Below are positions 47,267-57,701 of a stretch of DNA of 64,000 nt, piece by piece. The notes under the pieces were generated by a model. It had not been told where the DNA came from. It saw only the letters and a program-made list of their open reading frames with translations, and did no database searches. The position numbers and the translations under genes were made by a program. Numbering within the stretch: the stretch's first letter is position 1; each line of letters starts with the position of its first letter. Source of the stretch: Rhizobiaceae bacterium (lineage in GTDB: Bacteria > Pseudomonadota > Alphaproteobacteria > Rhizobiales > Rhizobiaceae); NCBI GenBank assembly GCA_041739225.1, contig JBGSOG010000046.1, forward strand, positions 92,681 to 156,680, given 5' to 3'.

Positions 47267-48652
47267 TCAGTGCGGAATCCGGACTACCGCCCGCAAGCCC
47301 CCGAGCGGGCTCAAATGCAGATTGATGTCGCCGCCGTGATTCCTGGCAATGTCGCGGGCAATCGACAAGCCCAGACCGGTGCCGCCTTCGTCCTGGTTGC
47401 GCGATTCATCAAGGCGCAGGAACGGTTTGAATACTTCCTCGCGCTGGTTTTCCGGTATGCCCGGGCCGTCGTCATCAAAGGTGATGGTCACGAACCCGGC
47501 CCCTTCAGAGGCGCGTATCGACAATTTGTCGGCGTGCCGGAATGCATTTGATACCAGATTTGCAATGAGACGGGCCATGGCGGTTTTTCGCACGCGGACG
47601 ATGAGACCGGGCGGGCAGCGTATTTCCAGTTCCTTGCCTTTGACCCTTGCTTCGCTCTCGTGCCGTACCAGCAATTCAAGCATGTCGACTTCTTCTACAG
47701 CCTCACGGCCTTCACCTCTTGCAAAATCGAGGTAGCCCTGGAGCATTTTCTGCATTTCATCGACGTCTGCCTGCATTTCCTCGACGTCTTCGCTTTCTCC
47801 AACCAAAGCCAGTTGCAGTTTGAATCTTGTAAGAATGGTTCGAAGATCATGGCTGACGCCGGTCAACATGCTGGTCCGCTGTTGCATCTGCCGCTCGATG
47901 CGATCGCGCATTTGCAGGAAAGCCAGTGCTGCCTGACGCACTTCCCTGGCACCGCGAATGCGGAAGTCGGTGGCAAACTGGCGACCCTTGCCAAAGCTGT
48001 CGGCAGCCTGCGCGAGTTGCTGGATTGGACGGATCTGGTTGCGCAGAAAAATCACTGAAACAATGATCAGGAACAGCGATGTTCCCACCATCCACACAAG
48101 GAAAATGTGGCTGTTGGAAGCATAGGCCGAATTGCGCTTTGCAAAAACACGCAGAACCGCATCGGGTTTCTCCAGCCGGATGCGGATTTCCAGAAGGCTG
48201 GATTCGCCAACTGTGTCGATCCAGAACGGGCGGTTGATCTGGCTGGCGATCTCGTCCCGCATGACATTGTCAAGGATTGAGAAAAACGGTTTGGGGCCTG
48301 CATCGGGAAACGGGTCCGGCGGCAAAATGGCAATGTTCAGCGCCAGCCTTTCGCGGGCGATGCGGGTTATCCCGGCAAAGTCACCGTCTTGTGGATAGGT
48401 CTCGAGCACATCGATGATTGCAGCGATATCAGCCGTCACCGCCTTGGAGAGCCGTTGTGTTACCGATTGCCAATGGCGCTCCATGAAAACAAAAGCCAGA
48501 ACACCCTGCAACAATATCATCGGCGCTATGATGATCAGGAGCGACCGCCCAAACAGGCTTTTGGGCATCTGTCGCGAAACAAAACGGGCGAAAATCCGCC
48601 ATGGATTGCGCCGGAAACGCAGGCTCGGAATTTCGTCGGTGCTGATCGCCAA
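47267..48652 (-). CDS. Sensor histidine kinase (EnvZ-like architecture: 2 TM, HAMP, HisKA, HATPase)
   Basis: H-box MLTGVSHDLRTILT, N-box LVSNAFRHA, DDDGPGIP, GGTGLGLSIARDIARNHGG. Confidence 0.9.
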   Translation of the reverse strand: MAISTDEIPSLRFRRNPWRIFARFVSRQMPKSLFGRSLLIIIAPMILLQGVLAFVFMERHWQSVTQRLSKAVTADIAAIIDVLETYPQDGDFAGITRIARERLALNIAILPPDPFPDAGPKPFFSILDNVMRDEIASQINRPFWIDTVGESSLLEIRIRLEKPDAVLRVFAKRNSAYASNSHIFLVWMVGTSLFLIIVSVIFLRNQIRPIQQLAQAADSFGKGRQFATDFRIRGAREVRQAALAFLQMRDRIERQMQQRTSMLTGVSHDLRTILTRFKLQLALVGESEDVEEMQADVDEMQKMLQGYLDFARGEGREAVEEVDMLELLVRHESEARVKGKELEIRCPPGLIVRVRKTAMARLIANLVSNAFRHADKLSIRASEGAGFVTITFDDDGPGIPENQREEVFKPFLRLDESRNQDEGGTGLGLSIARDIARNHGGDINLHLSPLGGLRAVVRIPH

Positions 48653-48691
48653 GAAGGGTCTGTCCAGTTGTGCGGTTCACGGGCGCGGTTG

Positions 48692-49426
48692 TCAGTCTAC
48701 ACAAAGCTTGTAACCGATGCCACGCACTGTCTGCAGCCATTTGGGATTGGCCGGGTCTTCCTCGATCTTGCGGCGCAGGCGATTGATCTGCACGTCGATC
48801 TTGCGCTCGCCAGCCAATGTTTCGCTGCCCAGCAGTTCATGACGGGCGACCGTATCGCCGGGACGGGCGGCAAATGCCAACATTATTTCCTGCTCGCGCT
48901 CTGTCAGGCGGACATCTTCACCATTGCGGCGCAGTTCACGCTTTTTGACTGAGAACTGCCAGGGACCGAAACTGACCTGTTCAAAGGTCGGGGTCAGCGG
49001 CTTGGCCACCCGTTTCAAAATGGAATTGATGCGCAACAGCAATTCGCGCGGCTCAAACGGCTTGCCCAGATAGTCATCGGCTCCAGCTTCCAACCCGTCG
49101 ATCCGGCTTTCGGTCTCGGCAAGTGCGGTAAGCATGAGTACCGGTACTGTGCTGCTGCGGCGCAGCGACCGGGTGAACAGCACACCGGTCTCGCCTGGCA
49201 TCATCACGTCAACGATCAACAGGTCGAATTGCAGTGATTCAAGTTTGATGCGCGCTTCGGCGGCATCGGCTGCAACCGAAACCCGAAATCCGTGGTCCGC
49301 CAGATAGCGCGACAGCAATTCACGAATACGCCTGTCGTCGTCGATCACCAGCAAATGTGGAGCGTCGTCAGGCAGGGGTTTTGGGCTGCGTGGTTTTGCC
49401 AGCGAAGAGGAACTGCCAATGGTCAT
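48692..49426 (-). CDS. OmpR-family response regulator (possibly PetR/CenR-type)
   Basis: Receiver domain HLLVIDDDRRIRELL...DLLIVDVMMPG and a winged-helix output ...LRRKIEEDPANPKWLQTVRGIGYKL. The PetR/CenR label is an inference from the MarR-RR-HK gene order. Confidence 0.85.
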   Translation of the reverse strand: MTIGSSSSLAKPRSPKPLPDDAPHLLVIDDDRRIRELLSRYLADHGFRVSVAADAAEARIKLESLQFDLLIVDVMMPGETGVLFTRSLRRSSTVPVLMLTALAETESRIDGLEAGADDYLGKPFEPRELLLRINSILKRVAKPLTPTFEQVSFGPWQFSVKKRELRRNGEDVRLTEREQEIMLAFAARPGDTVARHELLGSETLAGERKIDVQINRLRRKIEEDPANPKWLQTVRGIGYKLCVD

Positions 49427-49968
49427 TTCCGATCTCCCGATTCTTCACTTCGAGCTGCACCGATCATGTCGTCTGCGGGGCTTTTGTCCGATGGGTTGAC
49501 CATGGCTCGCATGAAATCTGAAATTGTTGCATCGTTTTGAAAACCGCTGCTTTTCAATGCGGCATCGATACGGCGGGACTGTGGCCACGAAAGTTCCAGA
49601 ATGAGCTCGCGCCCGGCAGGCGTTGGGTACAACAAGCGCTGCCGGCGATCGCTTTGTCCCTCGACCTGGGCAATGTGGCGTGAATCGATCAATTGCCGCA
49701 GAACGCGCGACAGGCTCTGCTTGGTGATTCCCAAAATGCCGAGCAAGTCAGCCACAGTCATTCCAGGCTTGCGATTGACGAAATAAAGGGCGCGGTGGTG
49801 CGCGCGTCCGTAGCCCAGGTTTTGCAGGATGCGGTCAGGATCTGCGGTAAAGTCGCGATAGGCAAAAAAGAACAACTCGATGTTGGCAATTTGCGGAATG
49901 TCGCGATCGGTAATGGGTTCGTCGATGATTTCCTGCCGGGAAGCGGTGGTATCATTCATGGCTGCCAT
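49423..49968 (-). CDS. MarR-family transcriptional regulator
   Basis: 181 aa. ...HHRALYFVNRKPGMTVADLLGILGITKQSLSRVLRQLIDSRHIAQVEGQSDRRQRLLYPTPAGREL. Its stop overlaps the start of the response regulator gene. Confidence 0.85.
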   Translation of the reverse strand: MAAMNDTTASRQEIIDEPITDRDIPQIANIELFFFAYRDFTADPDRILQNLGYGRAHHRALYFVNRKPGMTVADLLGILGITKQSLSRVLRQLIDSRHIAQVEGQSDRRQRLLYPTPAGRELILELSWPQSRRIDAALKSSGFQNDATISDFMRAMVNPSDKSPADDMIGAARSEESGDRK

Positions 49969-50003
49969 CTCTTTTTCACAGCGTATTGTTGCATGGTTTG
50001 CAA

Positions 50004-50028
50004 TTTATGTCAGTACTATTGACATAAA
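50004..50028. promoter_or_regulatory. Perfect palindrome (candidate MarR operator) in the marR/ilvE divergent region
   Basis: TTTATGTCA-gtactat-TGACATAAA has 9-bp arms and a 7-nt spacer. It lies 36 nt upstream of the marR ATG and about 75 nt upstream of ilvE. Confidence 0.45.
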
Positions 50029-50102
50029 ATTTGGTTGCGCTTAGATTTTGAGCATTGGGGTGGTTTTGGCGCTTTTTGAGCGCTTTTTTCGGGAGAGAGA
50101 GC

Positions 50103-50996
50103 ATGGCGAGCGTTCCATATGACCGTTTGGGAGGCCAGATCTGGTTCAATGGCGAGTTCATCCCGTGGGAAGATGCGAAGATCCACGTGCTGACACACGG
50201 GCTGCACTATGCCAGTTCCGTATTTGAAGGCGAGCGGGCCTATGACGGACGGATTTTCAAGCTGGCTGAGCATACCGACAGGCTTTTCTATTCGGCGGAA
50301 ACGCTGGGCTTCGAGATCCCGTACAGCAAGGAAACCATCAATCAGGCTTGTCAGGAGGAGGTTGAACGCAAGGGGCTTCGCGATGCCTATGTGCGGCCGA
50401 TTGCCTGGCGTGGCAGCGAAATGATGGGCGTTTCTGCACAGAACAACCGGATCAATGTTGCCATCGCTGCATGGGAATGGCCAAGTTATTTCAAACCGGA
50501 AGAAAAGCTGAAGGGCATTCGTCTCGACCTATCCGATTGGCGCAGACCGGACCCGCGTACAATCCCCTCTTTTGCCAAGGCCGCCGGCCTTTACATGATT
50601 TGCACGCTTTCGAAGCACACCGCTGAGCGCAAAGGCTATGCGGACGCCTTGATGCTCAATTGGCGCGATCAGGTGGCCGAGGCCACAGGCGCGAATGTCT
50701 TCTTCACCAAAAGCGGCGTAATTCACACGCCAAAGCCCGATTGCTTCCTCGACGGGATCACCCGGCGCACCGTCATCGATTTGGCCAAGCGCCGCGGATA
50801 TGAAATTGTCGAGCGGGCGATTTTGCCAGAGGAAATGTCAAATTTCGAGGAATGTTTCCTGACCGGGACTGCCGCAGAGGTGACCCCGGTTTCGGAAATC
50901 GCCCAGTACCGCTTCACGCCGGGTGCCATCTGCAAGACCCTGATGGCCGACTATGAAGACGAAGTGCGCGGACGCAGGGCCGTCAAGGCGGCCTGA
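50103..50996 (+). CDS. ilvE: Branched-chain amino acid aminotransferase
   Basis: Start moved to the ATG at 50103 (MASVPYDRLGGQIWFNGEFIPWEDAKIHVLTHGLHYASSVFEGERAY...), a class IV aminotransferase pattern. Confidence 0.9.
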   Translation: MASVPYDRLGGQIWFNGEFIPWEDAKIHVLTHGLHYASSVFEGERAYDGRIFKLAEHTDRLFYSAETLGFEIPYSKETINQACQEEVERKGLRDAYVRPIAWRGSEMMGVSAQNNRINVAIAAWEWPSYFKPEEKLKGIRLDLSDWRRPDPRTIPSFAKAAGLYMICTLSKHTAERKGYADALMLNWRDQVAEATGANVFFTKSGVIHTPKPDCFLDGITRRTVIDLAKRRGYEIVERAILPEEMSNFEECFLTGTAAEVTPVSEIAQYRFTPGAICKTLMADYEDEVRGRRAVKAA

Positions 50997-51163
50997 GATT
51001 TGGCAAATCGTGTTGCCGTAGCGGAAAACATTCTCGCGGCAGTGGTGTCGGGCCTGATTCCCTTTGAACTTTAGTTCTAGAAAGGTTAACGGTTTTGCGC
51101 GGGCCCGTTTCGGGGTCGGGATTGAAGTTCCGGTCATCGACCGGGCAATGGGGAGTTACCAAC

Positions 51164-51472
51164 ATGGAATCAATGATCGTAAACCTGGTGGTCCAGGCGA
51201 TTTCGGGCATGGTCGGCGGCGGCGTTGTCGGCGCAGTTGTAAAGCAGGCTGCCATGGCACTTCTGCCCCGCCTTTTGGCTGGCGCAGTGGGTGGCGTCGG
51301 CGGCGGCATGGCACTTGGACCGCTTCTGGGCGGGTTGCTTGGTGGTGCCACAACCGGTGATCCGGCTGGCGGCATGGACATGGGTGCCATCCTCAGCAAC
51401 ATCATTGGCGGAGCGGCTGGCGGCGGCGTTTTGACCGGTCTTGCCGGCGCGCTGCTGGGCGGCAAAAAGTAA
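51164..51472 (+). CDS. Glycine-rich (glycine-zipper-like) small membrane protein
   Basis: MESMIVNLVVQAISGMVGGGVVGAVV...GGVGGGMALGPLLGGLLGG...GGAAGGGVLTGLAGALLGGKK. GGGGAG lies upstream, and a strong terminator follows. Confidence 0.55.
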   Translation: MESMIVNLVVQAISGMVGGGVVGAVVKQAAMALLPRLLAGAVGGVGGGMALGPLLGGLLGGATTGDPAGGMDMGAILSNIIGGAAGGGVLTGLAGALLGGKK

Positions 51473-51491
51473 TCATTTCAACTCGATTGGA

Positions 51492-51523
51492 GGGCGGCGC
51501 TGCTTGTCTGCGCCGCCCTTTTT
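51492..51523 (+). terminator. Rho-independent terminator
   Basis: GGGCGGCGC-tgcttgtct-GCGCCGCCC-TTTTT. Confidence 0.85.
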
Positions 51524-51547
51524 CATGCCAAATGTCAGGAGGCCAGA

Positions 51548-52201
51548 ATGGCAAATCCGAAGAATTTGCGCGCAGGAATCGTGCAGGTTACGCCTTTCCA
51601 GCAAAATTGTACCTTGATCTGGGACGATGAAAGCAAACGGGGCGCGGTCATCGATCCGGGCGGCGATGTAGACCTCATTGCAGAGGCCATTTCACAAACC
51701 GGCATCACGGTGGAAAAAATCCTGATCACGCATGGCCATATCGACCATGCTGGTGGGGCGGAGGAATTGAAAGCAAGGCTTTCGGTGCCCATCCACGGTC
51801 CGCACATTGCTGACCGGGCTTTGATCGAGGGCATAGAGCGGCAAGCTGAAATGTTTGGCGTTGCCGGGCAATTCCGCAACGCCTACCCAGATCTATGGCT
51901 CGATGAAGGGGACAAGGTTGATATCGGCGGTCATGTTTTCGAGGTGTTTCACTGTCCGGGCCATGCACCGGGGCACATTGTGATCTACAACGCCGCAGCC
52001 AGGTTTGCCCATGTCGGGGACGTGTTGTTCAAGGGCTCGGTTGGTCGCACCGACCTGCCGGGCGGAAGCCATGCGGCACTGATCGCTTCGGTCAAAGAGA
52101 AATTGTTGCCGCTGGGTGATGATGTGGCCTTCATCTGCGGGCATGGTCCGGGAAGCACGTTCGGCGAAGAGCGAGCTACCAATCCGTATCTGACAGACTA
52201 A
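51548..52201 (+). CDS. MBL-fold metallo-hydrolase (glyoxalase II-like)
   Basis: ILITHGHIDHAGG (HxHxDH)...HCPGHAPGH...GDVLF...GRTDLPGG. Confidence 0.85.
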   Translation: MANPKNLRAGIVQVTPFQQNCTLIWDDESKRGAVIDPGGDVDLIAEAISQTGITVEKILITHGHIDHAGGAEELKARLSVPIHGPHIADRALIEGIERQAEMFGVAGQFRNAYPDLWLDEGDKVDIGGHVFEVFHCPGHAPGHIVIYNAAARFAHVGDVLFKGSVGRTDLPGGSHAALIASVKEKLLPLGDDVAFICGHGPGSTFGEERATNPYLTD

Positions 52202-52211
52202 AATGTCCGGT

Positions 52212-52325
52212 GTGAGGGATCGGTATGATTCCAAGAGGCGTCTCACGCCAGGAAACATACCGGCTTGGGTCCGGTGGGGTCGTCGCCGGCACTTCGGGTT
52301 TGGGGGAGAAGCGCCGATCCCTCAC
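52212..52325. repeat. 12-bp perfect inverted repeat enclosing about 90 nt
   Basis: GTGAGGGATCGG (52212-52223) and CCGATCCCTCAC (52314-52325). The pair lies between the convergent MBL hydrolase and cspA genes. Confidence 0.5.
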
Positions 52326-52429
52326 CCATTTTAGATACAACCAACATGCTTTCCGGAACGTTAACCGGAAATGCCAACACGTCAGGCAAAGGCTGGCGCA
52401 AACGGGCGCGCCAGCCGAAAATGCCGAAT

Positions 52430-52642
52430 TCAGCCTGCGCGCAGGTTTACGGCCTTGGGGCCTTTGCCGCGCTTGTCCGGCTCGGTTTCGTAGCTGACCT
52501 TCTGGTTTTCAGCCAGGCCATTGAGTCCGGATGCCTGAACAGCAGAAATGTGGACGAAGATGTCCGGGCCGCCATTGTCCGGCTTGATGAAGCCGAAACC
52601 CTTGTCGGTGTTGAAGAATTTTACGGTGCCAGTCTGGCTCAT
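52430..52642 (-). CDS. cspA: Cold-shock protein (CspA family)
   Basis: MSQTGTVKFFNTDKGFGFIKPDNGGPDIFVHISAV carries the RNP1/RNP2 motifs. A non-coding region of about 440 nt lies upstream. Confidence 0.95.
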   Translation of the reverse strand: MSQTGTVKFFNTDKGFGFIKPDNGGPDIFVHISAVQASGLNGLAENQKVSYETEPDKRGKGPKAVNLRAG

Positions 52643-53085
52643 GCGATGCTTTCCGTCATTTCGGCCTGTTTGGCCGGACCATCAAAACGCCTGACCATTG
52701 GCGATGCGAAAGTTACCCGCAATGCGCCGCCGGGGGCAGGTTATGACCTATGTCCGGGCAGGACTTCGGTCGGGGCAGGCACATCTTGACGTCGAGGAAA
52801 GGATCCATTTACACCGCTTCCACGCCCCACAAACTGCCTTCGACAGGTTGTGTGCCGTGTTTGCCCGAAATTTTCCTGGCGCTTCCGGTTCGCCTTTTCG
52901 CGTGCCTTCCAGCGGGTTCCCCCAACCCCAATAGGGGCAAACTTGAAGGCATTCGAAACTCTACGGTCTTTCAGTCGAGTTCGCAAAATGCCCGAACGAC
53001 CCAAATCCTGAAGTTTTTCAGAATAAATGACAAGCGAAACTTTTGTGACGGGCTGCCCAAATAATTGCCACTGCTTCAACAAGCG

Positions 53086-53373
53086 TCAGCCGAATAGTTT
53101 CTCGCCCTGTTCCTTGATCAGTTGCTTTGCCTTGCGGATAGCAGCTTCGCTGGCTTCTTCACGCGAGGAAAACATGTCGGCACGTATCAGCCGATGCTGC
53201 TTGCGCACGCCGTCAATATCGCGGCTTACCGTCGCCGCCAGCCTGAATTGACCACCTTCGGCAATTGGATCGGGGGTGATCTGGAAGCCTTCGTGTTCGA
53301 CGCTGGCCATTTGTTGCGACGACTGGTTGGAGCTGTCAGTGCCGATGCCGAACAATTTGCGCAAGAATGACAT
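53086..53373 (-). CDS. HlyU-family small protein (alphaproteobacterial PF10115-type)
   Basis: 95 aa. MSFLRKLFG...EHEGFQITPDPIAEGGQFRLAATVSRDIDGVRKQHRLIRADMFSSREEASEAAIRKAKQLIKEQGEKLFG matches my recollection of this family's layout. Confidence 0.55.
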   Translation of the reverse strand: MSFLRKLFGIGTDSSNQSSQQMASVEHEGFQITPDPIAEGGQFRLAATVSRDIDGVRKQHRLIRADMFSSREEASEAAIRKAKQLIKEQGEKLFG

Positions 53374-53434
53374 CGGATTCTCCTGGTTGCCAAACCCCGA
53401 TAATACATAATTGCATGCGTGCTGCGAAGAAGGT

Positions 53435-53683
53435 TCAAACCTGACTTCGAATGGCAGGGGCAGCCAGTTTTGCAGCAGCTACTAAAAATGGCGCGGCGTG
53501 CATGAGCAGGTCAAAAATGTCGATTGGCCGCGCAAGTGATCCCGACATCAGCATCCTGAGCTTTTCCCATATGTGGGGTTCAGGGAAAAACGGTGCCAGA
53601 CCCAGGGTCAGGCAGGCAATGATGGTAAGGTTCCACGGAATGGTATCGAGGAAATTGGCAAAGGCCGTCACGGCAGCATCCAT
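53435..53683 (-). CDS. Small membrane protein, unknown function
   Basis: 82 aa with two hydrophobic helices (WNLTIIACLTLGLAPFF, LLMHAAPFLVAAAKLAA). Confidence 0.45.
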   Translation of the reverse strand: MDAAVTAFANFLDTIPWNLTIIACLTLGLAPFFPEPHIWEKLRMLMSGSLARPIDIFDLLMHAAPFLVAAAKLAAPAIRSQV

Positions 53684-53765
53684 TATATTAGCGAAAACTA
53701 ATATTACGGATAGCAGCAGCCCGTTGCCAACACAAGCCCGCTGCCAAGACAGTTTATGCCCGCGC

Positions 53766-54050
53766 TCACATCAGCTTTTGGAGGCAGGGGCCGGCTTTTT
53801 TGGCATTCGTCTCTGCCGTGTCCTTGGCAATATTGCCGCCCATCACAAGGTTCGTGACCGCTTCAGTGACAACGGCCTTGAGATCGGTACCCGGTTGCAC
53901 CAGTGGCGAGGTGGCTTCGTAAATGAGCTTTGCTTCGCCTTCCAACTTGGCTGCGCAGGCGTCTGCCTCCGGTTTGCCGGCAAATGCTGCGCCGGATATG
54001 GCAAGGCCGGGCAGGGCGACGAGCAGTACCAAAAGGGTCGATTTCTTCAT
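53766..54050 (-). CDS. Small secreted protein, unknown function
   Basis: Start moved to the ATG at 54050, giving the signal peptide MKKSTLLVLLVALPGLAISGAAFA. The mature part has two Cys residues. Confidence 0.5.
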   Translation of the reverse strand: MKKSTLLVLLVALPGLAISGAAFAGKPEADACAAKLEGEAKLIYEATSPLVQPGTDLKAVVTEAVTNLVMGGNIAKDTAETNAKKAGPCLQKLM

Positions 54051-54332
54051 GGGAACAAGCCTTTCTTGTTTTGGGCATTTATCTGTTGGCCATTGAAGCA
54101 GGATCGATGCGGCTTGGCCGGCGGACTGTTTTCGCTGACCTGCGTCACATCCAATTGGATTGCGCAAACGCGCGGCGTTTAAAGCCTGATTCCTGCGGCA
54201 GGGTATTCAGCACCTCAGGCCGGATACCCTCTGGTAGGATCGGTACGATCTCCCCGCTTTTCAATTCAGAGCGTTCATGTCGGGTAATTTACCATCTGGC
54301 GCTGGCAAGGCCAAGTGCCACACAGAGCGCAC

Positions 54333-54953
54333 CTATTTTGCGGCAATTGGCTGCCGCAGGATGGTTCGCAATTTCTCGGGCGGTGATTTGCGAGGGTCTG
54401 ACAGGTATATTTCGTGGTGGTTGCCATTGAACGTGAAACCAAGGGAAGGCATCAACTCGTGGTGCAATTGCGCAAGGACTGGTGCCTCGTCTGCAAAAGG
54501 ACCGACATGTAACTTTTGCAGGCAGCGGCCTTCGTGGAATTTCTCAAGGCGAAGTGATGGCGGCTTGTCATCCCGCTTTTCCAGGGTTTTCTGGATTGCC
54601 CTATTGAGCATGTCCAACGTGATCCAGTCCGGTTGCAGGATCATCAACGTCCATTGCCACTCATCGCGCCGGCCGGGTTGCGTAAAGGCATCCATGTCTT
54701 CGGCCCACCAGATGCCTTCCAGAGGCATGACCGTGTAATCGCGCTCAAGTTCCTTTTTTGACATGAATTTGAGCGGGTATGAAAGCGAATAGAGCCACTC
54801 AACCGCGCGGAAATATTCAGGTGCTTCCCCCGGACTACCAGCGCCATCGACCATCAAATATTGCTGTGGCGGGACATTTATTTCGACCCACTTGTCCTTT
54901 GGCGGAGCGTAGTGAGATTTGAAGGTTTTCTTGAGGTCGATCTTGAGCATCAT
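54333..54953 (-). CDS. GyrI-like small-molecule-binding domain protein
   Basis: 206 aa. ...FHEGRCLQKLHVGPFADEAPVLAQLHHELM...NGNHHEIYLSDPRKSPPEKLRTILRQPI is characteristic of the GyrI-like family. Confidence 0.65.
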   Translation of the reverse strand: MMLKIDLKKTFKSHYAPPKDKWVEINVPPQQYLMVDGAGSPGEAPEYFRAVEWLYSLSYPLKFMSKKELERDYTVMPLEGIWWAEDMDAFTQPGRRDEWQWTLMILQPDWITLDMLNRAIQKTLEKRDDKPPSLRLEKFHEGRCLQKLHVGPFADEAPVLAQLHHELMPSLGFTFNGNHHEIYLSDPRKSPPEKLRTILRQPIAAK

Positions 54954-54989
54954 GGTTCCAGGGGAGGCTGGTGCAATGGGCCGTCTGCT

Positions 54990-55322
54990 TCAGTAATGAT
55001 ACCTGCACTGAGCGATGAACAAGTCACCATTTAGAACCCGGTAGACCAGCCGATGTTCGCGGTCGATGCGACGCGACCACCAGCCGGGGTAGTCCCCGCG
55101 CAGAGGTTCCGGCTTTCGAACATAGGCAAGTACCCAGCAATCATTTGGAATCGCGGCAATGCAGTAATCCTTGCCCCGACGAACCCTCAAGGAGTTCAGG
55201 AACTCCTTCTTATATGCTTCGATGGAGAAACCAGGAGTTCTTGAAAATCCTTCCATCAGCACGTCGAAAGCTGCTTGCGCATCAAAAGAAACAATATCAC
55301 TGCGCAAATCGGAAACTTCCAT
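54990..55322 (-). CDS. YoeB/Txe-like toxin ORF with an internal insertion of about 36 aa; no antitoxin gene adjacent
   Basis: The C-terminus KPEPLRGDYPGWWSRRIDREHRLVYRVLNGDLFIAQCRYHY matches the YoeB core and terminal HY. The N-terminal ...LMEGFSRTPGFS resembles YoeB ...IKDTRRTPFEG. The ATG lies 7 nt after the rpoD stop. Confidence 0.6.
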   Translation of the reverse strand: MEVSDLRSDIVSFDAQAAFDVLMEGFSRTPGFSIEAYKKEFLNSLRVRRGKDYCIAAIPNDCWVLAYVRKPEPLRGDYPGWWSRRIDREHRLVYRVLNGDLFIAQCRYHY

Positions 55323-55329
55323 ACCCCCC

Positions 55330-57336
<2,007 letters not shown>

Positions 57337-57701
57337 GCGCCGGATGTTCCTTCGACTGTGCGAGCCTTGCTGGCAGGCTTCGCTGAGGGATTTCACCCGT
57401 GCCAAGCCCGCAAATTTGTTTTTCGGGTAACCGCGCTCCATGGAGCGGATACGCCCGCAATTCCCCAGAATTTCCTTTTGCGCCGATTCGGGTCTTTTTC
57501 CGAATCAGTCAGGTCCCGTTCCGAACCCGTTTGTCCTTTTGCGGTTAAGCACTGCTTAACCCTTGCTGCTGCAGCCCCAATCCCGAGCTTGATGGCACTA
57601 AACCGGCAAGAAGACGCTGGGACAGGTGGTAATTCCGGCAATTTCAAGCCGCGTCAAGCTAAAACAGCGTTTTGCTGGACTTCGCTGCCGAAGCTGTCCG
57701 C

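Noticed and set aside
52643-53085. A non-coding stretch of about 440 nt lies upstream of cspA and includes a 113-aa minus-strand ORF (52741..53082). I considered whether it hides a gene or a mobile-element remnant.
   Set aside because: The ORF translation is Arg/Lys/Gly-rich with no motif. Cold-shock genes characteristically have long structured 5' leaders and promoter regions, so I leave it unannotated.
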